Virus record (IMG/VR): IMGVR_UViG_3300048819_000214
Location: 1 to 39,319 of that record
DNA length: 39,319 nucleotides
Source of the DNA: a virus
Taxonomy: Duplodnaviria; Caudoviricetes
Reading direction: 5' to 3' (one strand)
The first letter of the stretch is position 1; each line of letters begins with the position of its first letter. Below the pieces are notes generated by a model. The model made no database searches. It saw nothing but the letters and a program-made list of their open reading frames with translations, and was not told the DNA's origin. The translations under genes and the position numbers were made by a program. This document shows, piece after piece, positions 27,520-35,435 of this stretch.

Positions 27520-28014
27520 TTAAGGCTTAATCTTATATATACCTGACCACATCCCATCATGCAAATCTGTAGCGCGTCCTTTGACTTGCTTAGCCCACCT
27601 TGAATCCATCATAGCATCAGCAGCCCCGTGGTAATCATGGATTGAAAGTGCTCTTAACATGTCATGAAATTCTAAAACTTTTTTCCAACCCATGAACGCG
27701 AAATCGATCAGAACGATTTGACGATCTTGGTTCAGATCCTTATACCAAGGAAAAGTATCGTTCCATTGATTATAAAAATATGTAATGTCATCCAAAAGTT
27801 GTTTATTTCGCCATTCAAGAGATAAACCACGAGCGGTCAAATTATATCCTACGCCTATCGTGATATTGCCAAGAGTATCAGTGTATGGGAATTCGTGATC
27901 GCCTTCGTGGAGAACGAGAGATTGAATTAGTATAGCCAAAAAATCAGGAGTAAACATACTTTGCTCCGATATTAAATGAACTAAATTCTCATTTTCCATA
28001 TTAGCATATGTCAT
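27520..28014 (-). CDS. Endolysin, T4-lysozyme-like (GH24); alternative start at 27957
   Basis: E-x8-D-x5-T triad (HEGDHEFPYTDTLGNITIGVG) and AADAMMDSRWAKQVKGRA. Confidence 0.92.
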   Translation of the reverse strand: MTYANMENENLVHLISEQSMFTPDFLAILIQSLVLHEGDHEFPYTDTLGNITIGVGYNLTARGLSLEWRNKQLLDDITYFYNQWNDTFPWYKDLNQDRQIVLIDFAFMGWKKVLEFHDMLRALSIHDYHGAADAMMDSRWAKQVKGRATDLHDGMWSGIYKIKP

Positions 28015-28395
28015 GGTTGATAAACTTTAATTCTTACGATGATCTGACCTTTCGGAATTATTGTCTTTTTGTTAATCAAAAGTCTTACAATCTGTGAATC
28101 ATCATCAAATAGATTCGCCCTCACTAAACTATCTAAAAGTACTTTGAGAATATTGTCAAAGGTCCCTCCGACGATTATCCGGCGCATAAACATCAACTTC
28201 TAAATCAATTAAAGCGTCACCAAGCGATTTTAGCTGTCTAGCCCTGGTGATGATCCAAACTTTCCAATAAAACCGCGTGGTGGCCTCAGTATTAACTCTA
28301 GTCTGGTATACAGCTCCACTTTTTAAAGTCCTAAGCCTTCCAATCCGTTTATAATTATTAACACTTGGAGCATAAGGAAGAATTAATTCAATCAT
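28011..28395 (-). CDS. rusA: RusA-family Holliday junction resolvase split by a +1 frameshift at 28161-28155 (127 aa if joined)
   Basis: Frame 1: LPYAPSVNNY...PDNRRRDL*. Frame +1: DNILKVLLDSL...DDDSQIV. Joined, they give the RusA RRRDLDNxxK...DD motif. Confidence 0.88.
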
Positions 28396-28650
28396 TTATC
28401 GTTTCCATTTTGACAAATCGATTTTGGCAGCTTCTTTTTGTTCGGGCGAAGCACTTAAGTGCCATTGTAACAAAGGAGAAAGGGGGGAGGTATTTTGTGA
28501 TGATTTTTTTAGCACTTCAGAAGCCCAAGGAATTTCAGGTTTAATATATCCAGTTTCTTCTCTTACATTATTTTTATACAAAGGTTTGTCATCCCACTTT
28601 TTTTTCTCCATCAATATTTCACCCACTTCATTAGTAATATATTTATTCAT
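28396..28650 (-). CDS. Hypothetical protein
   Basis: Coupled ORF in the replication operon. Confidence 0.5.
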   Translation of the reverse strand: MNKYITNEVGEILMEKKKWDDKPLYKNNVREETGYIKPEIPWASEVLKKSSQNTSPLSPLLQWHLSASPEQKEAAKIDLSKWKR

Positions 28651-29234
28651 TTTAAAATTTTTCCTAACTTTTTAAGAAACTTTATTCTTGAAACTGCATA
28701 TTCAATTATTGTATTGAGTTTTTCTATATCAATTTCTTCTAATATATCTTTAGCTGTCCAATCAAATAAACATCCATTATAGATTTCTTCAGTAGAATAA
28801 TGATCACGATAATAATCAGAAGTAGAGGGTTCAATATTTTCATATGGAGTACAACTCATACATAAACCTTTTTGGATATATCCTTCTGCTCCTGCTTTAT
28901 TACATTTATTACAATTGGCTATACATTTACAAGTTAATTGATTAATAGAACTTCGAGTATTGTATCTATAAATATCCTCATTACAAAATTGACAAGTTCC
29001 AATTTTTTCGCTGCATAAAGAAACTAAATATAAAAGTTGTTGTATATTTTCTATTTCAAATTTTTGCATAATAAATTTTACAGGATATTTATATTTAAAA
29101 TTTTCAACTTCCAAATCACCATAAGAAACTTTATAAAAATCTTTTTCATTATATAAATTATAAATCTCATTTTTGTTTTGTTCATTTTTAGTAAGAGTCA
29201 AAATTTTATTTTTCTTACTTATATTGAATGTCAT
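28647..29234 (-). CDS. Cys-rich hypothetical protein
   Basis: CQFC, CKC, CNKC and CMSC motifs; ATGA overlap with the rep stop. Confidence 0.6.
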   Translation of the reverse strand: MTFNISKKNKILTLTKNEQNKNEIYNLYNEKDFYKVSYGDLEVENFKYKYPVKFIMQKFEIENIQQLLYLVSLCSEKIGTCQFCNEDIYRYNTRSSINQLTCKCIANCNKCNKAGAEGYIQKGLCMSCTPYENIEPSTSDYYRDHYSTEEIYNGCLFDWTAKDILEEIDIEKLNTIIEYAVSRIKFLKKLGKILK

Positions 29235-29965
29235 TCTCGTTCCTTAAAGTTATTTACATCTCTATCTAATTTTTTACCTAAGATCCTAACTGCTTCCTGT
29301 TGTTGTGAATTATCCTTTTGATCTGGAAGTTTATTTGCAATTGCTATTTCTTTGATCTCCTCAGGTATAACCGCTTTTTTAAACTCTTTGTTTCTTTCAA
29401 TATGAGCCTTTTCGTTTTTCATAGCTGCCCAGGCAGGCTTTTGTTCATTTTTTGACTTTTGATTTTCATAAAAGCTTTTAATTAAATTCTTAGTATTAAT
29501 ATTATTAGTATTATGTCTCGATGCATCGAGTGGCAGGGTCTCGATGCATCGAGTGGGGGCACTCGATGCATCGAGTGGTATGACAATATTTGTACTATTT
29601 TGATTAGAGTTATCCACAGACTCAAATTCTACTTTTAATATTTTTTGAACAATATAACGTTTTGATCCCTCAAAAATTCGTTCCATTTCTCCATGCTTTT
29701 CAAAATATTTAAAAGCTAAATCAATAGTCGAACGAGATTTAATTCCTGTTCTTTTCATAATGGCTTCATTGGATAAAAAACATTGTTTATCGTGATTCCA
29801 AAACTGAAATATAGTTTCAAAAAATTTTAAAAATGAAATTGAGAGATTAGGAAGATTCATAACGGACGAAGGGACAATAAAGAAAGCGGCTGTATATTCT
29901 TTGGAAGGATTTTCAGTTGTCATTATTAACTTTTCCATAAGCAAATAGTTGAATGTAGTTTTCAT
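29231..29965 (-). CDS. Replication initiator (lambda O-like architecture)
   Basis: N-terminal wHTH (CFLSNEAIMKRTGIKSRSTIDLAFKYFEKHG) with internal iterons; the start may be MTTENP (29923). Confidence 0.75.
   Translation of the reverse strand: MKTTFNYLLMEKLIMTTENPSKEYTAAFFIVPSSVMNLPNLSISFLKFFETIFQFWNHDKQCFLSNEAIMKRTGIKSRSTIDLAFKYFEKHGEMERIFEGSKRYIVQKILKVEFESVDNSNQNSTNIVIPLDASSAPTRCIETLPLDASRHNTNNINTKNLIKSFYENQKSKNEQKPAWAAMKNEKAHIERNKEFKKAVIPEEIKEIAIANKLPDQKDNSQQQEAVRILGKKLDRDVNNFKERE
29517..29618. promoter_or_regulatory. Putative origin: three CTCGATGCATCGAGTGG iterons plus a DnaA box
   Basis: Copies at 29517, 29540 and 29562; AT-rich tract on the left; TTATCCACA at 29610-29618. Confidence 0.8.
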
Positions 29966-30098
29966 TCAGCTATAATACTTATTACCATGTAAGTTATTAT
30001 AGTTGAACAAAACGGAACTTCGATCTAAGAGAGAGCGGTCAACTCTCTCTTAAGAACCTCATAATACTCCTACACTTAGCTTCAACTCAATATAAAAG

Positions 30099-30156
30099 TT
30101 ACTCACAAATTCTGTGGAAAAGTCTGTTAATAAGCTGTTTAAAAGTCTGTATTAGT
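30099..30156. promoter_or_regulatory. Array of DnaA-box-like motifs
   Basis: CTGTGGAAAA, CTGTTAATAA, CTGTTTAAAA and CTGTATTAGT at 11-12 nt spacing, plus an opposed TTACTCACA. Confidence 0.55.
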
Positions 30157-30242
30157 AAGTCATAGCTTTATCATTGATATCTGGAATCTATTTTTACTAA
30201 TCTATCTATTTGACAAATATTTTAAATTAAACTAACCCTCTT

Positions 30243-30431
30243 TCAAAATATCAATCTGGTTTCAATAATTTCTATTACATCTAAAATTTCTAATACTTGA
30301 CCTGTTAATCTATGCAATTTTTCTTCTAACTCCTCAATTCTATTCTTTAAATATAAACAATCTGAAATTTGTTCAACATATCCCAAATTACTAATATTAT
30401 TAGTCTTTACAGTATCTATTTTATTAACCAT
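30243..30431 (-). CDS. Coiled-coil hypothetical protein
   Basis: Start overlaps the stop of the upstream ORF. Confidence 0.55.
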   Translation of the reverse strand: MVNKIDTVKTNNISNLGYVEQISDCLYLKNRIEELEEKLHRLTGQVLEILDVIEIIETRLIF

Positions 30432-30601
30432 TATTGATTACCTTGATAAGCTTCTTTTAAAACATAGTGACGAATAGGTTGTTTGCTTAATTTACCATTT
30501 CTATATAATTGCATCTTATGTGCATCACATAAGCCATGTTTAAAGTTAGTTTTTTCGCGCATACATTTTGGTGCGACACAAAGAGTTTTTTTCTTAGCCA
30601 T
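30431..30601 (-). CDS. 56-aa zinc-finger-like protein (not in ORF track)
   Basis: AAGGA RBS; CVAPKC...GLCDAH. Confidence 0.65.
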   Translation of the reverse strand: MAKKKTLCVAPKCMREKTNFKHGLCDAHKMQLYRNGKLSKQPIRHYVLKEAYQGNQ

Positions 30602-30687
30602 TGTAATTGTCCTTTAAAATCTGTATATTATTAATGTAGCAATTCACAATATGGCTACAACTCCTTGTAAATCCGACGATGTAAATT

Positions 30688-30718
30688 AAATCCGTTTTGA
30701 TGAGAGACGGATTTTTTT
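30688..30718. terminator. Terminator-like hairpin after the HTH gene
   Basis: AAATCCGTTTT-GATGA-GAGACGGATTT then T run. Confidence 0.6.
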
Positions 30719-30932
30719 ATGTCAATCCCAATTCCTCTAAAGATACCTGTAATCCATTTTCTTTTAATAATTTTTGCATCTTACATGCTGTAGTATAACT
30801 CGGTATTCGCACGCTATTTATATAACGAGATAATTGGTATTCAGGGAGTTCTAATAATCTAGCTAATTGTTTATGATAGTCAAATCTATAATGTTCTAAT
30901 AGGCGTAAAAGTAATCTAGCTGTTTTTGTCAT
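30717..30932 (-). CDS. Cro/XRE-like HTH regulator
   Basis: KQLARLLELPEYQLSRYINSVRIPS HTH pattern; 71 aa. Confidence 0.8.
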   Translation of the reverse strand: MTKTARLLLRLLEHYRFDYHKQLARLLELPEYQLSRYINSVRIPSYTTACKMQKLLKENGLQVSLEELGLT

Positions 30933-30957
30933 TTCTTAATCCAAGTAATCTTAATTA

Positions 30958-31000
30958 AGTATAAAATAATAGTTGCCTTATGGCAATCTATTGTTATAAT
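30958..31000. promoter_or_regulatory. Overlapping divergent promoters with palindromic operator
   Basis: Plus: TTGCCT-N16-TATAAT with TGn extended -10. Minus: TTGCCA-N17-TATACT. Dyad ATAGTTGCC-TTAT-GGCAATCTAT. Confidence 0.75.
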
Positions 31001-31028
31001 TGTCCAATAAAATTTGGAGTACAAAGTA

Positions 31029-31229
31029 ATGCATGATCACACCACTCGTCAATATATCGCTCACATTTTAGAAAACATAGGTCTTAAACAGAATGCTTTG
31101 ATAGCTTTAAATACTGCAACAAATGATGATTTAGAAATATATTTAGAGGTTATTAAGATGGTTGCTGAAAAACGCAAAGACATTCAACAATTATTAGATT
31201 TTAGCGGGCTCGCATTATGTCATCTTTGA
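31029..31229 (+). CDS. Hypothetical protein (ATG at 31029)
   Basis: GGAG RBS; first gene after the promoter. Confidence 0.65.
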   Translation: MHDHTTRQYIAHILENIGLKQNALIALNTATNDDLEIYLEVIKMVAEKRKDIQQLLDFSGLALCHL

Positions 31230-31390
31230 TTGTTCATAAAACATGTTTAACAGAAGTTGAAAATCACAATGAACAACTTGGGGAATCAGGATCAATTTAT
31301 TCTGCAACTTACTGTTATACAATGTGTCCTCGATGTAAGATACAAGTCGATTTTAATAACATTATTATTGGATATGATCCAAATGCATGA
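31217..31390 (+). CDS. 57-aa putative Zn-binding protein (not in ORF track)
   Basis: HKTC...CPRC; overlaps both neighbours. Confidence 0.55.
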   Translation: MSSLIVHKTCLTEVENHNEQLGESGSIYSATYCYTMCPRCKIQVDFNNIIIGYDPNA

Positions 31391-31634
31391 TTTAGCTTTA
31401 AAAGTTTTATCTGATGAACTTGAAAAAATGAATTTCCATAAGAACACACTCGCTTTTGCATTAGCTCTACTTTGTCAGAAATATGATTTACCAAAAGAAT
31501 TTGGTTTTACATACGAAGAATTTAAGGAAGCTGACAAATTAAATATACTTTTAGAATTTTTTGAAGTTCATCATAATAATGATCAAATGGTAAGCATTAA
31601 TATTCATGATAAGAAAAAGGATCAATTACAATGA
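31383..31634 (+). CDS. Hypothetical protein (re-started at MHDLALK)
   Basis: Start overlaps the stop of 31217..31390; ATGA overlap with the next gene. Confidence 0.55.
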   Translation: MHDLALKVLSDELEKMNFHKNTLAFALALLCQKYDLPKEFGFTYEEFKEADKLNILLEFFEVHHNNDQMVSINIHDKKKDQLQ

Positions 31635-32299
31635 ACATTTCAATATTAATCTTAGGAGATAGCGGAACGGGAAAAAGTTCTAGCATAAGAACATTACCTT
31701 CAAAAGAAACTTTTATTTTGAATGTTGTTTCTAAGCCTTTACCTTTTAGAGGTTCAGTAAAAAATTATAATAGATTATCTCCCGATGGTATGACTGGAAA
31801 TTATTATTGTAGTGATGATGCTAATTCCATAAAGCGTGTAATAAATTTAGTAAATAATAAAAGACCAGAAATAAAATATTTGATTATCGATGACCTTGGT
31901 TATGTCGCAATGAACGGATTTATGAAAAGAGCATTAATCAAAGGTTATGATCGTTTTAGTGAAATTGCCAGTGAATTTAATACAGCTATGGAAATGATTA
32001 ATCTTTTAAGAGATGATCTTTTTTGTATTGCAACAATGCACATTGAAACTGATAAGCAAGGTAAAACAAAACCTAAAACAATCGGAAATATGGTTGATCA
32101 ATACATTAATATTGAGGGTAAATTCAGTTATACTTTTCATACTATTAATAAAGATGGCCCTTATAAATTTTTAACAAATAATGATGGAATTCATATGGCT
32201 AAAACTCCCATGGGATGTTTTGAAAATATGTATATTGATAATGATTTACTTATGATAGTTAACAGAATAAATGAATATAACAATGAGGATGCAATATGA
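31631..32299 (+). CDS. Sak4-like AAA ATPase / single-strand annealing protein
   Basis: Walker A GDSGTGKS, Walker B LIIDD, AKTPMG motif; adjacent SSB. Confidence 0.85.
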   Translation: MNISILILGDSGTGKSSSIRTLPSKETFILNVVSKPLPFRGSVKNYNRLSPDGMTGNYYCSDDANSIKRVINLVNNKRPEIKYLIIDDLGYVAMNGFMKRALIKGYDRFSEIASEFNTAMEMINLLRDDLFCIATMHIETDKQGKTKPKTIGNMVDQYINIEGKFSYTFHTINKDGPYKFLTNNDGIHMAKTPMGCFENMYIDNDLLMIVNRINEYNNEDAI

Positions 32300-32736
32300 A
32301 TTTTACCCCTAGAACAGAACAAGAACTAAAAGAGATTAATTTATTACCTGACGGTAAATATCATTATGAAGTTATTGATGCTATGGACGACGTTTCAAAA
32401 AAAAGCGGTAATGAAATGATTAAATTAATTTTAAGGATTTATGATAAACAAGATAAAGCACATACTGTTTATGACTATTTATTGAGTGCAATGGAGTTTA
32501 AACTTTTACATTTTTGTGAGGCAAATGATCTTCAATCAAAATATCAATCTGGATCTCTTACAGCTGAAGATTGTATATCAAAAAAAGGGATTGTTGAGAT
32601 TTATATGCAAGAAGCTTCGGGTAGTTATGGCCCTAAAAATAGTGTGCGTGATTACATTGTTAATGCTGATGTTTTAGTTGAATCTTCAGTTAATCAAACT
32701 AAAGATGAATTTTTTTCCGACGATGTTCCATTTTAA
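32296..32736 (+). CDS. ssDNA-binding protein (DUF669-like)
   Basis: LLPDGKYHYEV...SKKSGNEMIKL and acidic DDVPF C-terminal tail. Confidence 0.85.
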   Translation: MNFTPRTEQELKEINLLPDGKYHYEVIDAMDDVSKKSGNEMIKLILRIYDKQDKAHTVYDYLLSAMEFKLLHFCEANDLQSKYQSGSLTAEDCISKKGIVEIYMQEASGSYGPKNSVRDYIVNADVLVESSVNQTKDEFFSDDVPF

Positions 32737-32737
32737 A

Positions 32738-32902
32738 ATGAAAACTGAGTGTTGTGAAACTAAAGTTTATATTGTTTGCGGAAAAGAAATCTATGATCCA
32801 GAAATTCATAATATTCAATATAAAATGCCAGCAAGTAAAACCTGTTATTACTTTTGTAAGTCTTGTCATAAATCATGCGATATTATTGAGAGAAAAAAAT
32901 AA
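32738..32902 (+). CDS. Small Cys-rich protein
   Basis: MKTECCETK...CKSCHKSC. Confidence 0.55.
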   Translation: MKTECCETKVYIVCGKEIYDPEIHNIQYKMPASKTCYYFCKSCHKSCDIIERKK

Positions 32903-33024
32903 ATGAAAGAATTTTATCTTTTTATTGATTTAGGATTTCAATTTTTTGGAATCAGTATTTTCTTAGGTATTGGAATAGGGATAATAATTGGATTAGCAAA
33001 ATTAACTTATGAGAAGATTGTATT

Positions 33025-33393
33025 ATGAAACTTTTAGAATTTGATTTAGAAAAAGCTCTATCGGGAAAATATGAACTTTATCAAAGAAATGGTATTAAAA
33101 TTTTAGAATGGAAATATTTTAAAAATGCTGAGCAAATTTCAAAATGTATATGTGCTATCCCAGAAAATGAGAGGGAGATAATTACATTTTATAATGATGG
33201 ATGGCTTGATGATGAGGATTCATCAGATTATGATCTCATGCTAGCCGTAAAACCAAAAAAATATTATGTAAATATTTATAAGCAAACTAGAACCATGTCT
33301 TTTGGCGGTGTATACGAAACTTTAGAAGAACTGGAAAAAAATAAATTAGATTTCTGCGTAAAAACAGTAGAATTTACTTTGGATGATGAATGA
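33025..33393 (+). CDS. Hypothetical phage protein
   Basis: FDLEKALSG...RNG...YDLML motif. Confidence 0.65.
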   Translation: MKLLEFDLEKALSGKYELYQRNGIKILEWKYFKNAEQISKCICAIPENEREIITFYNDGWLDDEDSSDYDLMLAVKPKKYYVNIYKQTRTMSFGGVYETLEELEKNKLDFCVKTVEFTLDDE

Positions 33394-33709
33394 CAAATAA
33401 ATATAATGGTTGTGAATTTTGTGGTCTTCATTATTTAAAAAAATACATGAATAATATATGTCATACATGTTTAATAAATGAAAACCGCGAAGAACTCGAA
33501 CAACTCCGCAAAGAAAATAAACGATTAACAGAAATAATAAGGGTATTAAAATGATAGTTTATGTCCTAGTTAAAGAAGAAAATTCTTGCAACATGACTTC
33601 TGTGCACGAAACTAGAGAAAGCGCAAATAAAATGTGGGATATTTTAGATCCTACACATAGAGAGCAATATCATATTGAAGAGCATAAAGTTTGTTAATGG
33701 AATATTCGA

Positions 33710-33937
33710 ATGAAAAATAAAATATCTTTATGCGATAACTGTGAAGAATTAATTATATTGAGGCAAAGATTAAAAGATTATATTGAAGAACTTGAACAAC
33801 TCCGCAAAGAAAAATTAATCTGGCAGAAAGTTTGTGCTTATGAACGCAACAAATGGGAAATGGCAAGAGTATTCCCAATAAATGATGATTTGATTGCGCA
33901 TATGAAAAATCTTGATAATCTTGCGGGTGATAAATGA
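33710..33937 (+). CDS. Hypothetical protein, paralogue of 34785..34994
   Basis: ELEQLRKEK.IW.KVCA.E shared. Confidence 0.65.
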   Translation: MKNKISLCDNCEELIILRQRLKDYIEELEQLRKEKLIWQKVCAYERNKWEMARVFPINDDLIAHMKNLDNLAGDK

Positions 33938-34090
33938 AATCAGACATTAAATTATTTATGGAAATAATTAAAGAATTATCATATGTAGAAGGTTTGTTAG
34001 CAAGTTTACCTATGACGTCTGAAATAGAACATGGGGGAGTTATAGTCACAGATCAAATAGATAAATTAGTTATTTATATAAATAATTTAA

Positions 34091-34273
34091 TTGATGGAAT
34101 ACCCGATGTTTAAAAAACTACGACAATATTTTTGTAAACACAATTATGTTAATCAAGAAATTAAAATGATCATTGATTTTAATTATGAACCTTTTATTGT
34201 AACTGTTTATGTTTGCAGTAAATGCGATAAATATAAACATGCAAACTTTCATTATTTAAAAAATAGGAAATAA
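34091..34273 (+). CDS. Small prophage-type Zn-binding protein
   Basis: FCKHNY...YVCSKCDK; likely start MFKKLR. Confidence 0.55.
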   Translation: MMEYPMFKKLRQYFCKHNYVNQEIKMIIDFNYEPFIVTVYVCSKCDKYKHANFHYLKNRK

Positions 34274-34283
34274 ATCTTTAATT

Positions 34284-34553
34284 TTATTTTGCTTCATGAA
34301 TTTTCTGTAAAAGAATACAATTTTCAAAAGGATTTAGCCAATATCTAAGAATCTTCAGGCTGTCTATTTCATCTGCACAGCTTAAAGCAAATCCTAGTGC
34401 TTGCATGAAAGTATTTCCATAGTCTATTACTGAATCCATGGCTAATGATTTAAATTCTCTATACTCTTTTAAATTCATTCCTAATGCATTTTGAACAGCT
34501 TTAATAAACTCTATATCTTTTTCCATTCTTTTATTCTTTCCATTTCCGTTCAA
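34284..34553 (-). CDS. Hypothetical protein
   Basis: YGNTFMQALGFALSCAD motif. Confidence 0.6.
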   Translation of the reverse strand: MNGNGKNKRMEKDIEFIKAVQNALGMNLKEYREFKSLAMDSVIDYGNTFMQALGFALSCADEIDSLKILRYWLNPFENCILLQKIHEAK

Positions 34554-34563
34554 TTATATAATC

Positions 34564-34746
34564 CTATGATTCTCTGGATTTGCGTTTTCTTCGTATATCT
34601 TTAATATCTTTTTCATCAATCAACCAATCAGAAGCAATCTTTTCAGCTTTAATCGTACCCTCAGCGCATAAGCGGCGTATGTAATCCGGCGTGAATCCTA
34701 ATTTAGCTGCAGCCATTGCACTGCTTAATAATTTAATTTTAGCCAT
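34564..34746 (-). CDS. Excisionase/MerR-like HTH DNA-binding protein
   Basis: LLSSAMAAAKLGFTPDYIRRLCAEGTIKAEKIASDWLI. Confidence 0.85.
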   Translation of the reverse strand: MAKIKLLSSAMAAAKLGFTPDYIRRLCAEGTIKAEKIASDWLIDEKDIKDIRRKRKSRES

Positions 34747-34784
34747 TCAATAATCCTACTTAACATAATTTTTTAGTTTTTTAA

Positions 34785-34994
34785 TCATTTCATTAATTCA
34801 AAAATATTTTTAAGATGTTCTTTATATTCATCCGAAACATTAGGAAAAAATGCACCATATTCTTCCCATATTCCTTTTTCACGAGCACAAACCTTCCGCC
34901 ATATTTCTTTTTCTTTTCGAAGTTGTTCTAATTCTTGCATTAAAGCATCACTGAATAATTCAGTTTTTAGCAAAGGGGGATGACATCCACTCAT
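34785..34994 (-). CDS. Hypothetical protein, paralogue of 33710..33937
   Basis: Shared motif. Confidence 0.65.
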   Translation of the reverse strand: MSGCHPPLLKTELFSDALMQELEQLRKEKEIWRKVCAREKGIWEEYGAFFPNVSDEYKEHLKNIFELMK

Positions 34995-35176
34995 TAAAAT
35001 TTCCTAATAATCTTTAAACTTTGTTTTAAAATTTCATAATCTTCAGGACGATCAAATAACGTATATTTGACACGAGAAAATATTTCTTCTTCACTTAAAC
35101 TTACCGACGCATTAATAGTTTTTTTTATTTTTACTTCTATCATTAATGAGCCATAAACTTCATAAGAAGCACTCAT
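34994..35176 (-). CDS. Hypothetical protein
   Basis: Coupled ORF. Confidence 0.55.
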   Translation of the reverse strand: MSASYEVYGSLMIEVKIKKTINASVSLSEEEIFSRVKYTLFDRPEDYEILKQSLKIIRKF

Positions 35177-35418
35177 TTAATAATTTCTCTAATTTCATTT
35201 ATTTTTATATTTTTATTATCTAAATTTCTATTTAAACTAATATTTTTTTCAAATCTAATTTTTGTATTATCCAACGTCCAACATTCCCCGCTATCATTCA
35301 TAGCAATAACCCAAAATAAATGACTTTCCATTCCATAATCAATTAAAAAGTGGGCTAATCCATTACCTTTATTTACAACATAAAGAGGTAAAGGGGGGTT
35401 TAACTGCATAATTGTCAT
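35173..35418 (-). CDS. Hypothetical phage protein
   Basis: QLNPPLPL...GLAHFLIDYG...SGECW motif; AAGGA RBS. Confidence 0.7.
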   Translation of the reverse strand: MTIMQLNPPLPLYVVNKGNGLAHFLIDYGMESHLFWVIAMNDSGECWTLDNTKIRFEKNISLNRNLDNKNIKINEIREIIK

Positions 35419-35435
35419 AAGTAATAAAATCCTTT

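Noticed and set aside
28011-28196. Independent 61-aa gene starting MMFMRRIIVGG
   Set aside because: No RBS; its meaningful part is the RusA C-terminal half from DNILK onward.
29517-29578. Mini CRISPR array
   Set aside because: Spacers are only 5-6 nt, the repeats lie inside a coding gene and there are no cas genes; iterons fit better.
31257-31382. N-terminal extension of the 125-aa ORF
   Set aside because: It overlaps a more plausible Zn-motif ORF (31217..31390); the start at 31383 fits translational coupling.
34564-34746. Integration/excision module
   Set aside because: An excisionase-like HTH is present, but I see no tyrosine or serine recombinase and no att site.
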